This document shows positions 18,554 through 27,967 of a stretch of 64,000 bases of DNA, piece after piece. Every line of letters starts with the position of its first letter. The first letter of the stretch is position 1. The notes under the pieces are model-generated. The model did not search any database. It was not told where the DNA came from and saw only the letters and a program-made list of their open reading frames with translations. The stretch lies in NCBI GenBank assembly GCA_029004715.1, contig JAQVYX010000002.1, forward strand, positions 2,664-66,663. Direction: 5' to 3'. A program made the position numbers and the translations under genes. The DNA comes from Acidaminococcaceae bacterium. GTDB lineage: Bacteria; Bacillota; Negativicutes; Acidaminococcales; Acidaminococcaceae.

Positions 18554-19855
18554 TTATGCTTTTAACACTGGTAAAGTGCTGCTTGCATGACCCATAAAAA
18601 TAATTCTATAGTCCTCTCTACCCTGCTCTTTTAGCTTTGCCTGAGCAAGTTTCCACGCCTCTGCTACTGTTGCAACAGGAATTTGCCCTGTTTGGCGCAC
18701 GTACGCAAAATTTTCCGGTAACGTTACCATATAGGAAGTACAGTCTTGAATGATACATCTGGTTTTAAAAGCAACAAAAGCTGGAATAGAAAAATCAGCC
18801 CTACATTCTTTTTCCATTTGTAGCAAATCCGATTTAGAACACCACTCACTAAAAATAGCTGGCTCTTTAATATCTGGGCACTCTAAGGCCACAATCAATA
18901 TCCCGCCTTTTTTTAACGCAAAGTCGGCATTCATATGCGCTTTCGTACCTTGATAAAGGTTCGTATCTTTAGGTGCCCCACCTGCAGAGGCAATAACAAC
19001 ATCGGCTTTCTGAGCAATGTCAACTTTTGAAATCTCTAGCAAATCTTGACACCCTTTGAGCCAAGCCGTTTTCCAATTCCCAGCAACAACTTCAAATAAG
19101 TCCCCATCCGGAGTGAAAATAATATTAACTAAGAAAGTCGGATTTAGTTTGGCACAAACCTCTTCCATATCTTCATGAAAAGGATTGCTTTTAAGAACTC
19201 CGGCTACGCAGGCAGGATTACATCCAGCACCAACCTCATCTGCTAAAGCATGCGCATGATTAGCCATTATGGTAGCATGCCCGGAAACGCCTGGCATGAT
19301 TCCTTTACGACCACCACCAAACCCAGCCATAGGGTGCAAAGTTATTCCACCTGTTACAATAACCTTATCTGCCATAGCTACATGTTTATTTATAAAAATA
19401 GGTGTCCCCCTAGAAGTAACTCCCATCGGTACCAAATCAGGCGCTAAACAATCATGCTGATAAATCTTGACTCTTTGACATACATCTTTACCATAAACTG
19501 CAATATTTTCCTCAGGTGTATGACCACGATGAGTTCCTGTAGCTACCACAAGGCATATATCACTATCAGTAATTCCATTTTCATTTAGTTCTTTTAAAAT
19601 TACCGGCAAAAATTCTTTTGTCCTAACCATACGAGTTAGGTCACTAACCACAATTGCTACCTTATCACCTTTTTTAATTAGTTGTGACAAAGGTTTGCTA
19701 TCAATAGGATCACGTAAAGCCCGCAATGTTTCAGCTAGCAAATCACTCTTTGTTTCCGCTTTGTTTCCATGAATATCATACAACACTTTTTCTTCAGGCA
19801 ATTCTACTTCTTGCATAGTATTGCCATAAGGTATTTTAAAGGTTTTCAAAGACAT
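18554..19855 (-). CDS. LarA-family nickel-pincer-dependent 2-hydroxyacid racemase/epimerase homolog
   Basis: 433 aa; ATGTH(109)R, TLH(174)PMAGFGGGRK(184)GIMPG, SGH(193)...NH(200). The His/Lys set falls at almost the same positions as in Lactobacillus plantarum LarA, from my recollection of that numbering. Confidence 0.85.
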   Translation of the reverse strand: MSLKTFKIPYGNTMQEVELPEEKVLYDIHGNKAETKSDLLAETLRALRDPIDSKPLSQLIKKGDKVAIVVSDLTRMVRTKEFLPVILKELNENGITDSDICLVVATGTHRGHTPEENIAVYGKDVCQRVKIYQHDCLAPDLVPMGVTSRGTPIFINKHVAMADKVIVTGGITLHPMAGFGGGRKGIMPGVSGHATIMANHAHALADEVGAGCNPACVAGVLKSNPFHEDMEEVCAKLNPTFLVNIIFTPDGDLFEVVAGNWKTAWLKGCQDLLEISKVDIAQKADVVIASAGGAPKDTNLYQGTKAHMNADFALKKGGILIVALECPDIKEPAIFSEWCSKSDLLQMEKECRADFSIPAFVAFKTRCIIQDCTSYMVTLPENFAYVRQTGQIPVATVAEAWKLAQAKLKEQGREDYRIIFMGHASSTLPVLKA

Positions 19856-19892
19856 AAGACTATCCTCCTCAAAGTAATATCACTATATTATA

Positions 19893-21347
19893 TCACCAGT
19901 TACGTGTACTGCGCCAAAATTCTGGGCGAATAAGTACAAGTAACGTAAATAATTCCAAACGTCCCAATAACATAGCAATGCAAATTACTACTTTGCCAAA
20001 AGGTGAAATGGTGGCATAGGTAGAAGTAGCTCCTGCAACACCCAAAGCAGGTCCAACACTGCTAATAGTAGCGGCAATAGCCCCTATAGAATCAGTAACA
20101 GAAAGGCCTGTACTTGCAAGGGACAAAGTCAGCCCGGCAAAAAGCATCATGTATAGAAAAAAGAACCTACCAATACCGGCAATAACCGTGTCCGAAACAT
20201 GTTTTCCGTTCATGGTAACATTCGTTACCATAGAAGGATGGATAGTATGCCTAATTTCTGCCAAAGCTATTTTACACAAAATAACTATTCTAGACACTTT
20301 AATACCCCCAGCCGTAGAACCTGCACAAGCACCAATAAACATCAATAAAACTAAAATGTATTTGCTAAAAGCCGGCCACACATCAAAGTCATTACTAACA
20401 AATCCCGTAGTACTAATTATAGAGGCTACTTGAAAAAAAGCATAGCGCAAAGATTCTTTGCCGGAAAAGCCCATTTTAGCAAAAATGTTTAAAGATATTA
20501 GTAGTGTGGCTATTAAAACCAGAAAAATATAGCTCTTAAATTCAGTATCGCGCCAAAATTCTTTTAGTCCCTTTTTGTGCACAGAAAAATATAGTGCAAA
20601 ATTACCGCCGGCAAGAACCATGAAAAAACCGATAATTCCTTCTATTAAGGGGCTGTTAAAATGCGTAATACTTGTATCATAAGTTGAAAATCCGCCTGTT
20701 GCTATAGTGGAAAAAGCATGATTAACACAGTCATAAAAACTCATCCCAGCACCAAAAAGCAAAATAGCCTCTAACGCAGTAAAAAGTATATAAATTTTGC
20801 AAAGAGCAATTGATGTTGCTCGAATGCGCGGTACTACTCTATCATCTGTAGGTCCGGTTACTTCTGCATTAAACATATGTACCGCTCCACTACCAATATT
20901 GGGTAAAAAAGCAATGAATAGTACCACTATGCCAATCCCCCCCATCCAATGTGTCATACTACGCCAAAGCAACATGCTCTTGGCTACTGTTTCTATTGAG
21001 GTTATAGTAGTAGCACCTGTAGTTGTAAAGCCTGAAATGCTTTCAAAAACCGCAGAAATAAATTCCAGTGTACCTGATAAATAATAAGGCATGGCACCCA
21101 AAAAACTAATAACCAGCCAAGCACCGCTAACAACAGCTACACCCTCTCTAAAAGTAATATGCGTATCCTCAAAACTGCCAAAACGATGAAATGCGAAACT
21201 CAGCCCCGCTGCTAATAAAGCCGATATAACAAAAGCCTGTGCACAAGAATCGCCAAAATAAAGTGCCATTATTAAAGGCACTAATAACGCTCCTGCACAA
21301 GCCATACTCAATTTTCCCAACAAATACGAAACTATAAGTAAATTCAT
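19893..21347 (-). CDS. trkH: TrkH-family K+ uptake membrane subunit (copy 2)
   Basis: 484 aa polytopic; repeated selectivity-filter-like segments (GFTTTGAT, STIATGGFST, TTGF, AGSTAGGIK). Confidence 0.9.
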   Translation of the reverse strand: MNLLIVSYLLGKLSMACAGALLVPLIMALYFGDSCAQAFVISALLAAGLSFAFHRFGSFEDTHITFREGVAVVSGAWLVISFLGAMPYYLSGTLEFISAVFESISGFTTTGATTITSIETVAKSMLLWRSMTHWMGGIGIVVLFIAFLPNIGSGAVHMFNAEVTGPTDDRVVPRIRATSIALCKIYILFTALEAILLFGAGMSFYDCVNHAFSTIATGGFSTYDTSITHFNSPLIEGIIGFFMVLAGGNFALYFSVHKKGLKEFWRDTEFKSYIFLVLIATLLISLNIFAKMGFSGKESLRYAFFQVASIISTTGFVSNDFDVWPAFSKYILVLLMFIGACAGSTAGGIKVSRIVILCKIALAEIRHTIHPSMVTNVTMNGKHVSDTVIAGIGRFFFLYMMLFAGLTLSLASTGLSVTDSIGAIAATISSVGPALGVAGATSTYATISPFGKVVICIAMLLGRLELFTLLVLIRPEFWRSTRNW

Positions 21348-21363
21348 ATGCTACCTCTATTTT

Positions 21364-22809
21364 TTATTCCTTTTTCCAAAAATCATGGTGAAGCATTACC
21401 AATAAAGTAACTATTTCTAGCCTGCCTAAAAGCATAGTAATCATGGCCACTATCTTCGCTCCATTTGTAAGCTCTGTATAACCTGCTATAGTAGCTACTG
21501 TTTCAAAAGCAGCACCAACGCTGGCTAAACAAGCAGCAGCAATACCAGCTGCCGAAAACATGGATAAATCACCTACAAGGGCAAGTAATGTCGCCGAAAA
21601 AAAGAAAATTGTTATATAGATGAAGAAAAATCTAGTTATACCACTAATAAGTTGTGTAGGCACTATGCGGCCAGCCATAGTAATAGTAGTGACCATACGT
21701 GGATGTATCGTACGTTTTAACTCCTGCCCCGTTAGCTTTAAAAGAATAACCATACGAGACATTTTGATGCCGCCAACTGTAGAACCACTGCACCCTCCTA
21801 CAAACATCAACAAAAATAAACAGTATTTACTGAAATCAGGCCACGCATCATAATTATCCATAGCAAAACCTGAGGTGCTAGACATGGAAATAGTTTGAAA
21901 AAAGGAATTAAAAATACTACTACTTAAGCTATAAAAATCATGACTATATAAATCAATTGTAATCAAAAGTCCAAAAACGCCAATAAGCACTACATAAGCT
22001 CTAAATTCTGTATCTTTAAATAGGCGAAATAGTCCTTCACGGTAAGATTTAAAATAAAGCACATGATTCCCACCTGCTATAAACATAAAAATAAGTGCTA
22101 ATAAATTAATCGTATTATTGTGAAAATGGCGCAAACCATCATTGTAGATAGAAAATCCACCTGTTGAAACAATTGCCATAGCATGATTGATAGCTTCGAA
22201 AAAATTCATACCTGCTGCAAAAAAGAGTAAAGTTACTACACAAGTAAAGCCAGAATATAAATAAACCAGCAACTTCATTGTCTCTGTAATGCGAGGCAAT
22301 AAGCGTTCAGCTGATTCCCCATGCAGTTCGCCTGTAAATAATTGTAAAGCTTCCCTGCCCACTTGCGGTACCATAGTAATGAAAATCATAATAATTCCCA
22401 GCCCACCCAACCACTGGGTTAAACTGCGCCATAGGAGTAATGCTTGATGCAAATTGCTTAAATCTCCCAAGACAGAGGCTCCTGTGGTGGTAAAGCCTGA
22501 AACACTTTCAAATAAAGCATCTATTAACGGGAATCCTGCCAACCAAAAAGGCAACATGCCTAAAATACAGACAAAAAGAAAACCTCCGCTAATTACCAGC
22601 ATCCCTTCACGTAAACCAAGTCTTCCCTTATACGGATTAATTCCACGGGTAAGGACTAAACCTATGGTAATAGAAATAAGAACCGGTATGCCAAATTCTG
22701 CCATCCGATTCTCATCATTAAGTATTGTCATTAGCAATGGTAGGACCATGCACCCGCCAAATATCAAGATAATCATGCCCCAAAGGTGCATAACTAACCT
22801 TTTGTTCAT
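21364..22809 (-). CDS. trkH: TrkH-family K+ uptake membrane subunit (copy 1)
   Basis: 481 aa paralog of the downstream gene (GFTTTGAS, VSTGGFS, TSGF, SGSTVGGIK); start overlaps the trkA stop by 4 nt. Confidence 0.9.
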   Translation of the reverse strand: MNKRLVMHLWGMIILIFGGCMVLPLLMTILNDENRMAEFGIPVLISITIGLVLTRGINPYKGRLGLREGMLVISGGFLFVCILGMLPFWLAGFPLIDALFESVSGFTTTGASVLGDLSNLHQALLLWRSLTQWLGGLGIIMIFITMVPQVGREALQLFTGELHGESAERLLPRITETMKLLVYLYSGFTCVVTLLFFAAGMNFFEAINHAMAIVSTGGFSIYNDGLRHFHNNTINLLALIFMFIAGGNHVLYFKSYREGLFRLFKDTEFRAYVVLIGVFGLLITIDLYSHDFYSLSSSIFNSFFQTISMSSTSGFAMDNYDAWPDFSKYCLFLLMFVGGCSGSTVGGIKMSRMVILLKLTGQELKRTIHPRMVTTITMAGRIVPTQLISGITRFFFIYITIFFFSATLLALVGDLSMFSAAGIAAACLASVGAAFETVATIAGYTELTNGAKIVAMITMLLGRLEIVTLLVMLHHDFWKKE

Positions 22810-24155
22810 AAGTTTCCCCTACCTTCAAATATGGGCATAATTCTCTTTACTGCTTCCGCCTGTACAAAAACTACAATCCTATCATTAGGATAAATTATAC
22901 TAGTACCGCTGGGGACGAAAACTTCGTCCTCATGTACAATTGCACAAACCAAGCACTCTCGGGGTAATTTGGCTTGCATTAGAGGCTTGCCCACAATGGA
23001 ACAATCTTCAGTGATAATAATTTCCATAGCTTCAGCTTTAGCGCCCTCCAAAAGGGAGACCGAAACAACGCCACCCTTACGCACAAAACGCAGAATTTCA
23101 CCGGCGCTTAGAAAACGGGAAGAAAGAACTATGTCTACGCCTACTTTTTCCATAAGGCTCACATACTCCGTTCTGGCAACTCTTACTATTGTTTTTGCTG
23201 CTCCCAAGTGTTTAGCTAGGAGCGCTAACATTAGATTTAACTTATCATCTTCAGTAATACAAATAACCATGTCGGCTTCAGCAATGCCTTCTTCTGTAAG
23301 CAAATCAATATCTGTACCGTCTCCACACAAAGCAATACCATGTTCTAATTTTTGCGCAACCATTTGGCAACGGTCACGATTTTTGTCAATAACTTTGACA
23401 AAAAGTCCTTGTTTCTCTAATAAAGGTGCCAAAAAACGTCCGGTACGACCGGCTCCTATGATAAAAACACGTGCTATCTTAGTCAGTGTATTGGAAAATC
23501 TTTTTTCAAACTCACTAATAATATCCTTACGACCTACAAAGTATATATTATCATTAGCTTGGAATATATCTTCTCCGTGAGGAATAATCATTTGATGATT
23601 GCGAAAAATCATAGCAGCCAAAATTTGCTTAGGCAGCTCAATTTCACTAAGCGTTTTTCCCACAAAAGGCGAGTCAATTGTTAGCTTAGTCTCAAACATA
23701 CGAACCTTACCTTCTACAAAATCTTCTACATCTAAAGCTGAAGGCGTCATAATAATACGGTTTATTTCTATTGCCGTTAATTGTTCCGGATTAATAATAA
23801 GATCAATGCCCATACCAGCCCGCAAAAAATCATTTGCTTTTTGGGTATAATCCGTATTACGAATACGTGCTATAGTATGTTTAATACCATTTTTTTTGGC
23901 CAACATACAAGCTACCATATTAACTTCATCATTATCGGTAGTGGCTAACACTACATCCGCATCACGTACAAAAGGTTCCATCATGGTCAAAGGACTCGCC
24001 CCATTGGCTCCAATAGTTAAAACATCTAAATTGTCTTTTACAACTTGGCGACGCGCTTCGTCTTGCTCAACAACAACAACATCGTATTGTTCTTGCGCTA
24101 AGAGCTGAGCCACACTATAGCCAAGTTTACCAGCTCCAATAACTACTATACGCAC
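22806..24155 (-). CDS. trkA: Trk system NAD-binding regulatory subunit TrkA (tandem RCK)
   Basis: Two Rossmann motifs (IVVIGAGKLG, VFIIGAGRTG), each followed by a TrkA_C domain. Start moved to GTG 24153-24155, 8 nt after GGAGGAGGAAG, giving the canonical M-RIVVIGAG N-terminus. Confidence 0.9.
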   Translation of the reverse strand: MRIVVIGAGKLGYSVAQLLAQEQYDVVVVEQDEARRQVVKDNLDVLTIGANGASPLTMMEPFVRDADVVLATTDNDEVNMVACMLAKKNGIKHTIARIRNTDYTQKANDFLRAGMGIDLIINPEQLTAIEINRIIMTPSALDVEDFVEGKVRMFETKLTIDSPFVGKTLSEIELPKQILAAMIFRNHQMIIPHGEDIFQANDNIYFVGRKDIISEFEKRFSNTLTKIARVFIIGAGRTGRFLAPLLEKQGLFVKVIDKNRDRCQMVAQKLEHGIALCGDGTDIDLLTEEGIAEADMVICITEDDKLNLMLALLAKHLGAAKTIVRVARTEYVSLMEKVGVDIVLSSRFLSAGEILRFVRKGGVVSVSLLEGAKAEAMEIIITEDCSIVGKPLMQAKLPRECLVCAIVHEDEVFVPSGTSIIYPNDRIVVFVQAEAVKRIMPIFEGRGNL

Positions 24156-24343
24156 AAAGGCTTCCTCCTCCATAAAAAGTTCACATTTTGGACTAATTAT
24201 AACATAAAAATAGCTATAATTATTATTCTATCTATATTTTTCCCGTTAGACTTCAAGCTTTTTAGGGTAAGTTACCTTAAATTACTATTATTGTGTTATA
24301 ATATAACGTGTTTTATATAAAATATAAATAGAGGTTAATTATT

Positions 24344-26431
24344 ATGACAAATAGAAGTATTAAGAACACCAAAAAGAATAAATCTATTATGGGAACATTG
24401 TTTTCGGCTATTGTTGCCATGGTAATTGTTGGACTTATAGCAATTGCAAGTTTCTTTGGTTTAGCTAAGTTTACTACAAACACTATTTTAGCCAAAGACA
24501 TAGTTCAGCCAGCTTCTTCGCAATTTTTTGATACCAATGGTGATTTATTATGCACTACTGATTCTGACGAAGACCGGTTACCCGTAAGTTTCAATAAAGT
24601 TCCTAAAAACTTACAGAATGCCTTTTTGGCAGCAGAAGATATTAGGTTTTATGAGCATGGCGGTATTGATTACAAAGGTATAGCCCGTGCATTATTTAAC
24701 AACATTCTTTCTGGCGATATTCAAGGTGGTAGTACCATAACGCAACAATTAGCTAAAAACTTCTTTCTTACTCAAGATCGCACTATCAGCCGTAAAATAC
24801 ATGAAGCCTTTATTGCGCTGCAATTAGAACAAAAATATACTAAGCAGGAAATTTTTGAAATGTATTTGAACCAAATTTATTTTGGCCGCGGAGCTTACGG
24901 TGTGGAAAGTGCCGCAAATACTTACTTTGGCAAACATGTAGAAGATTTATCGTTGGCAGAATGTGCTATGCTAGCCGGCATCCCCAAAAGTCCTAACTAC
25001 TACTCTCCTATTAATAATCCCAAAGCAGGGGCTGAACGGCAAAAAATTGTTTTAGAACAAATGGCCAAATACAATTTTATTACTAAAGACCAAATGAACA
25101 AAGCCATTAACCAAAAATTAGTCTACAAAAACATTGTAACTGATTTAGGTTCTAAAAAATATTTTATTAATTACTGTATCCAAATATTGATAGATAAATA
25201 TGGTCCTGACGCCGTCTATAAACAAGGCATGAAGGTTTATACCACTTTGGATCCGGATATGCAAGAAGCAGCTGAAAAGGCTACCAAATTAACTCCAACT
25301 TATTATACGGATAAATCCAAATTAAAGCAGCCTCAATCTGCTTTAGTCGCCATAGATCCCCAAACAGGATATATTAAGGCTATGATTGGCGGACGTGGGA
25401 ATGATCAGTTCAACCGGGCTGTATTAGCGGAGCGCCAGCCTGGTTCTGCATTCAAGCCCTTTGTTTACTTAAATGCTTTTGAACATGGTGCTACGCCAAA
25501 TTCCAAAGTTGATGATAAACGTATGCCAGGCGAATGGGATCCTCATAACTATGATTATCGTTGGCATGGTCTGGTTACTATGCGTACGGCTCTCATTCAT
25601 TCTTACAATATTCCTGCTATTAAAACTGCCATGGAGTATGGCACTGACAATGTTGTTAATCTAGCTAAGAAAATGGGTATAACTACCTTAGTAGATAGTG
25701 GCCCTTATTCTGATGCTCATCCTTCCATGGCTTTAGGCGGCTTAACACATGGTGTTACTCCTTTAGACATGGCTGGAGCTTTTGCAAGCATAGCCAATAT
25801 GGGCGTCTATAATAAACCCACTGCCATTACTAAGGTCGTTGACCGCAATGGCAAAGTTCTTTTTGAAAGTAAGCTTGCCCCTGTACGGGTTTGTAAAGCA
25901 AAAAATGCCTACATGCTGGTTGATGTTATGCGCGACGTTATGACTAAAGGTACAGGTACCGGAGCCGCAATTAACAGACCTTGTGCCGGTAAAACAGGTA
26001 CGACAACTGATTGGAGAGATGCTTGGTTTGTTGGCTTCACCCCTGATTTGGCTGCCGCTGTGTGGATTGGCGATGATAGCAATGATAGCTTAGGAGATAT
26101 GACAGGTGCTGATGAACCTGCTACTATCTGGCGTGTATTTATGTCTAACGCTCTTGCTGATATTCCCGCTAGTGACTTTGTGAAACCATCTGGTTTTACT
26201 ATGCCACCGGCTGAACCTGATGATAAGAAAAAAGATGATAAAAAGAAAAAAGATGACAAAAAAAACGCTACATCAAAAAAGAATATAAATTCCGGTAAGT
26301 TACCTGGAACGTCCACCGGCAATTCTTTCTCCATACCAAGACCACCATCTAGTCAACCAGATAATAAAGAACAAGATTCTTCTAATTCCTCAGAACAAAA
26401 ACCTATTGTATCTAATAAACCAACCCCTTAA
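24344..26431 (+). CDS. Class A penicillin-binding protein (PBP1A family: glycosyltransferase + transpeptidase)
   Basis: N-terminal TM anchor; GT51 motifs AAEDIRFYEHGGID, GGSTITQQL, RKIHEAF; transpeptidase motifs SAFKP (SxxK) and AGKTGTT (KTG); low-complexity K/D- and S/P-rich tail. Confidence 0.93.
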   Translation: MTNRSIKNTKKNKSIMGTLFSAIVAMVIVGLIAIASFFGLAKFTTNTILAKDIVQPASSQFFDTNGDLLCTTDSDEDRLPVSFNKVPKNLQNAFLAAEDIRFYEHGGIDYKGIARALFNNILSGDIQGGSTITQQLAKNFFLTQDRTISRKIHEAFIALQLEQKYTKQEIFEMYLNQIYFGRGAYGVESAANTYFGKHVEDLSLAECAMLAGIPKSPNYYSPINNPKAGAERQKIVLEQMAKYNFITKDQMNKAINQKLVYKNIVTDLGSKKYFINYCIQILIDKYGPDAVYKQGMKVYTTLDPDMQEAAEKATKLTPTYYTDKSKLKQPQSALVAIDPQTGYIKAMIGGRGNDQFNRAVLAERQPGSAFKPFVYLNAFEHGATPNSKVDDKRMPGEWDPHNYDYRWHGLVTMRTALIHSYNIPAIKTAMEYGTDNVVNLAKKMGITTLVDSGPYSDAHPSMALGGLTHGVTPLDMAGAFASIANMGVYNKPTAITKVVDRNGKVLFESKLAPVRVCKAKNAYMLVDVMRDVMTKGTGTGAAINRPCAGKTGTTTDWRDAWFVGFTPDLAAAVWIGDDSNDSLGDMTGADEPATIWRVFMSNALADIPASDFVKPSGFTMPPAEPDDKKKDDKKKKDDKKNATSKKNINSGKLPGTSTGNSFSIPRPPSSQPDNKEQDSSNSSEQKPIVSNKPTP

Positions 26432-26446
26432 TGTTAACAAGTTTAC

Positions 26447-26492
26447 ATAAGACTGTCACTTAAGAATTTTTCTTGGTGACGGTCTTATTTTA
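26447..26492 (+). terminator. Rho-independent terminator of the PBP1A gene
   Basis: 13-bp stem ataagactgtcac/gtgacggtcttat followed by a T-run. Confidence 0.7.
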
Positions 26493-26535
26493 TGTTATAA
26501 TTAATTAATGAATACTGTATACAAAGGAGGATATC

Positions 26536-27915
26536 ATGAATAATAATCCGCTTAAAATTATGGAAACAGTCCTTAGAGATGGTCACCAATCTTTGGCTGC
26601 CACTCGCATGCGCACCAGTGATATGATTCCCATCTTAAGAGAAATGGATAATGTAGGCTACCACGCTTTAGAAGTATGGGGTGGTGCTACTTTTGATGCC
26701 TGCTTGCGTTTCCTAGACGAAGACCCTTGGGAACGGTTGCGCAACATCAAAAAATATGTAAAAAAGACCCCGTTGCAAATGCTTTTGCGTGGTCAAAATA
26801 TTTTGGGCTATAATCATTATGCTGACGACGTTGTACGCGAATTTGTCTTCCGCTCTGTAGATAATGGTATTGACATCATTCGTGTTTTTGATGCTCTAAA
26901 CGATCCCCGTAACTTAGAATGTGCTATGAAAGCCACCAAAGATGCCGGGGCACACGCTCAAGGAGCTTTGGTCTATACTATAAGCCCTTATCATAAAACT
27001 TCGGACTTCGTGCATTTTGCCCAAGACCTTATTGACATGGGTGCAGATTCTATTTGTATAAAAGATATGGCCGGCTTACTTTCCCCTTACGCAGCCTATG
27101 ACTTAGTAAAAACTCTCAAAGAAAAGACCTCCGTGCCTATTGAAGTACATTCACATTGCACAAGTGCCATGGCTTCAATGACCTATATTAAAGCTATTGA
27201 GGCAGGAGCTGATATAATTGATACTGCTATATCGCCTTTTTCCGGAAGTACTAGCCAGCCAGCTACTGAGCCTTTCGTGTATTCTTTTGCCGGTCAACCC
27301 CGTGATACCGGTATCGATTTAGAAAAACTACATACCTTGGCAGATTATTTCCGTATTGTGAAAAGTGATTTGACTACAACCTTTAATTTAAATACCAACA
27401 TTCCCGTTGATCCCAAAGTTTTAACTTTTCAAATACCCGGTGGCATGCTTTCTAATTTGTTACACCAAATGAAAGAACAAGGAGCCGAAAATAAGTATCC
27501 TGAATTGTTGAAAGAAATGCCAAAAGTGCGTGCAGAGCTAGGATATCCACCGTTAGTTACTCCTACAAGTCAAATCGTCGGTTCTATGGCTGTACTTAAT
27601 GTAACTTTAGGACGCTACAAAATGATTTCCAAAGAAGTAAAAGATTTAGTACGCGGTAAGTACGGTCGCACTCCAGGTCCTATTGACCCGGCAATTAAAA
27701 AGATGATTATTGGTAATGAAGAACCCATTAACCATCGTCCTGCAGACGATATTCCGCCACAAATGGAAAAAATGGCACAAGATTTAGCAGCAACAGGTTA
27801 CCCTGAGGCTACCACAGAGGATATTTTATCTTATGCACTTTTCCCTGAAATAGCCTTAGCTTATTTTGGCAAACATCGGTGTGAAAATCCCATATGCCCT
27901 AATAACTGCAAATAA
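26536..27915 (+). CDS. Carboxyltransferase subunit (oxaloacetate decarboxylase alpha / transcarboxylase 5S / pyruvate carboxylase B-type) without a biotin carrier domain
   Basis: 459 aa; TIM-barrel motifs ETVLRDGHQSL, ICIKDMAGLL, EVHSHCTSAM; PYC_OADA-type central region; ends ...HRCENPICPNNCK with no AMKM biotinylation motif. Confidence 0.85.
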   Translation: MNNNPLKIMETVLRDGHQSLAATRMRTSDMIPILREMDNVGYHALEVWGGATFDACLRFLDEDPWERLRNIKKYVKKTPLQMLLRGQNILGYNHYADDVVREFVFRSVDNGIDIIRVFDALNDPRNLECAMKATKDAGAHAQGALVYTISPYHKTSDFVHFAQDLIDMGADSICIKDMAGLLSPYAAYDLVKTLKEKTSVPIEVHSHCTSAMASMTYIKAIEAGADIIDTAISPFSGSTSQPATEPFVYSFAGQPRDTGIDLEKLHTLADYFRIVKSDLTTTFNLNTNIPVDPKVLTFQIPGGMLSNLLHQMKEQGAENKYPELLKEMPKVRAELGYPPLVTPTSQIVGSMAVLNVTLGRYKMISKEVKDLVRGKYGRTPGPIDPAIKKMIIGNEEPINHRPADDIPPQMEKMAQDLAATGYPEATTEDILSYALFPEIALAYFGKHRCENPICPNNCK

Positions 27916-27917
27916 AA

Positions 27918-27967
27918 CAAAAAAAGCCTCTTACTTATACCTAGGTATAAGTAAGAGGCTTTTTTTA
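27918..27967. terminator. Bidirectional terminator shared by convergent genes
   Basis: Near-perfect 17-bp palindrome agcctcttacttatacc/ggtataagtaagaggct flanked by an A-run and a T-run. Confidence 0.85.

Noticed and set aside
22969-23580. A 203-aa plus-strand ORF, the longest ORF without a call
   Set aside because: It lies entirely antisense to trkA, which has clear Rossmann and RCK motifs. The product is S/T/P/R-rich with no motifs and no SD, as expected for a shadow frame.
25909-26334. A 141-aa minus-strand ORF inside the PBP1A gene, plus similar long shadows at 61562..62014, 34298..34675, 22454..22840, 50593..50949, 36082..36423 and 39710..40039
   Set aside because: All lie antisense to genes with strong family motifs. 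None has a plausible SD or a recognisable domain.
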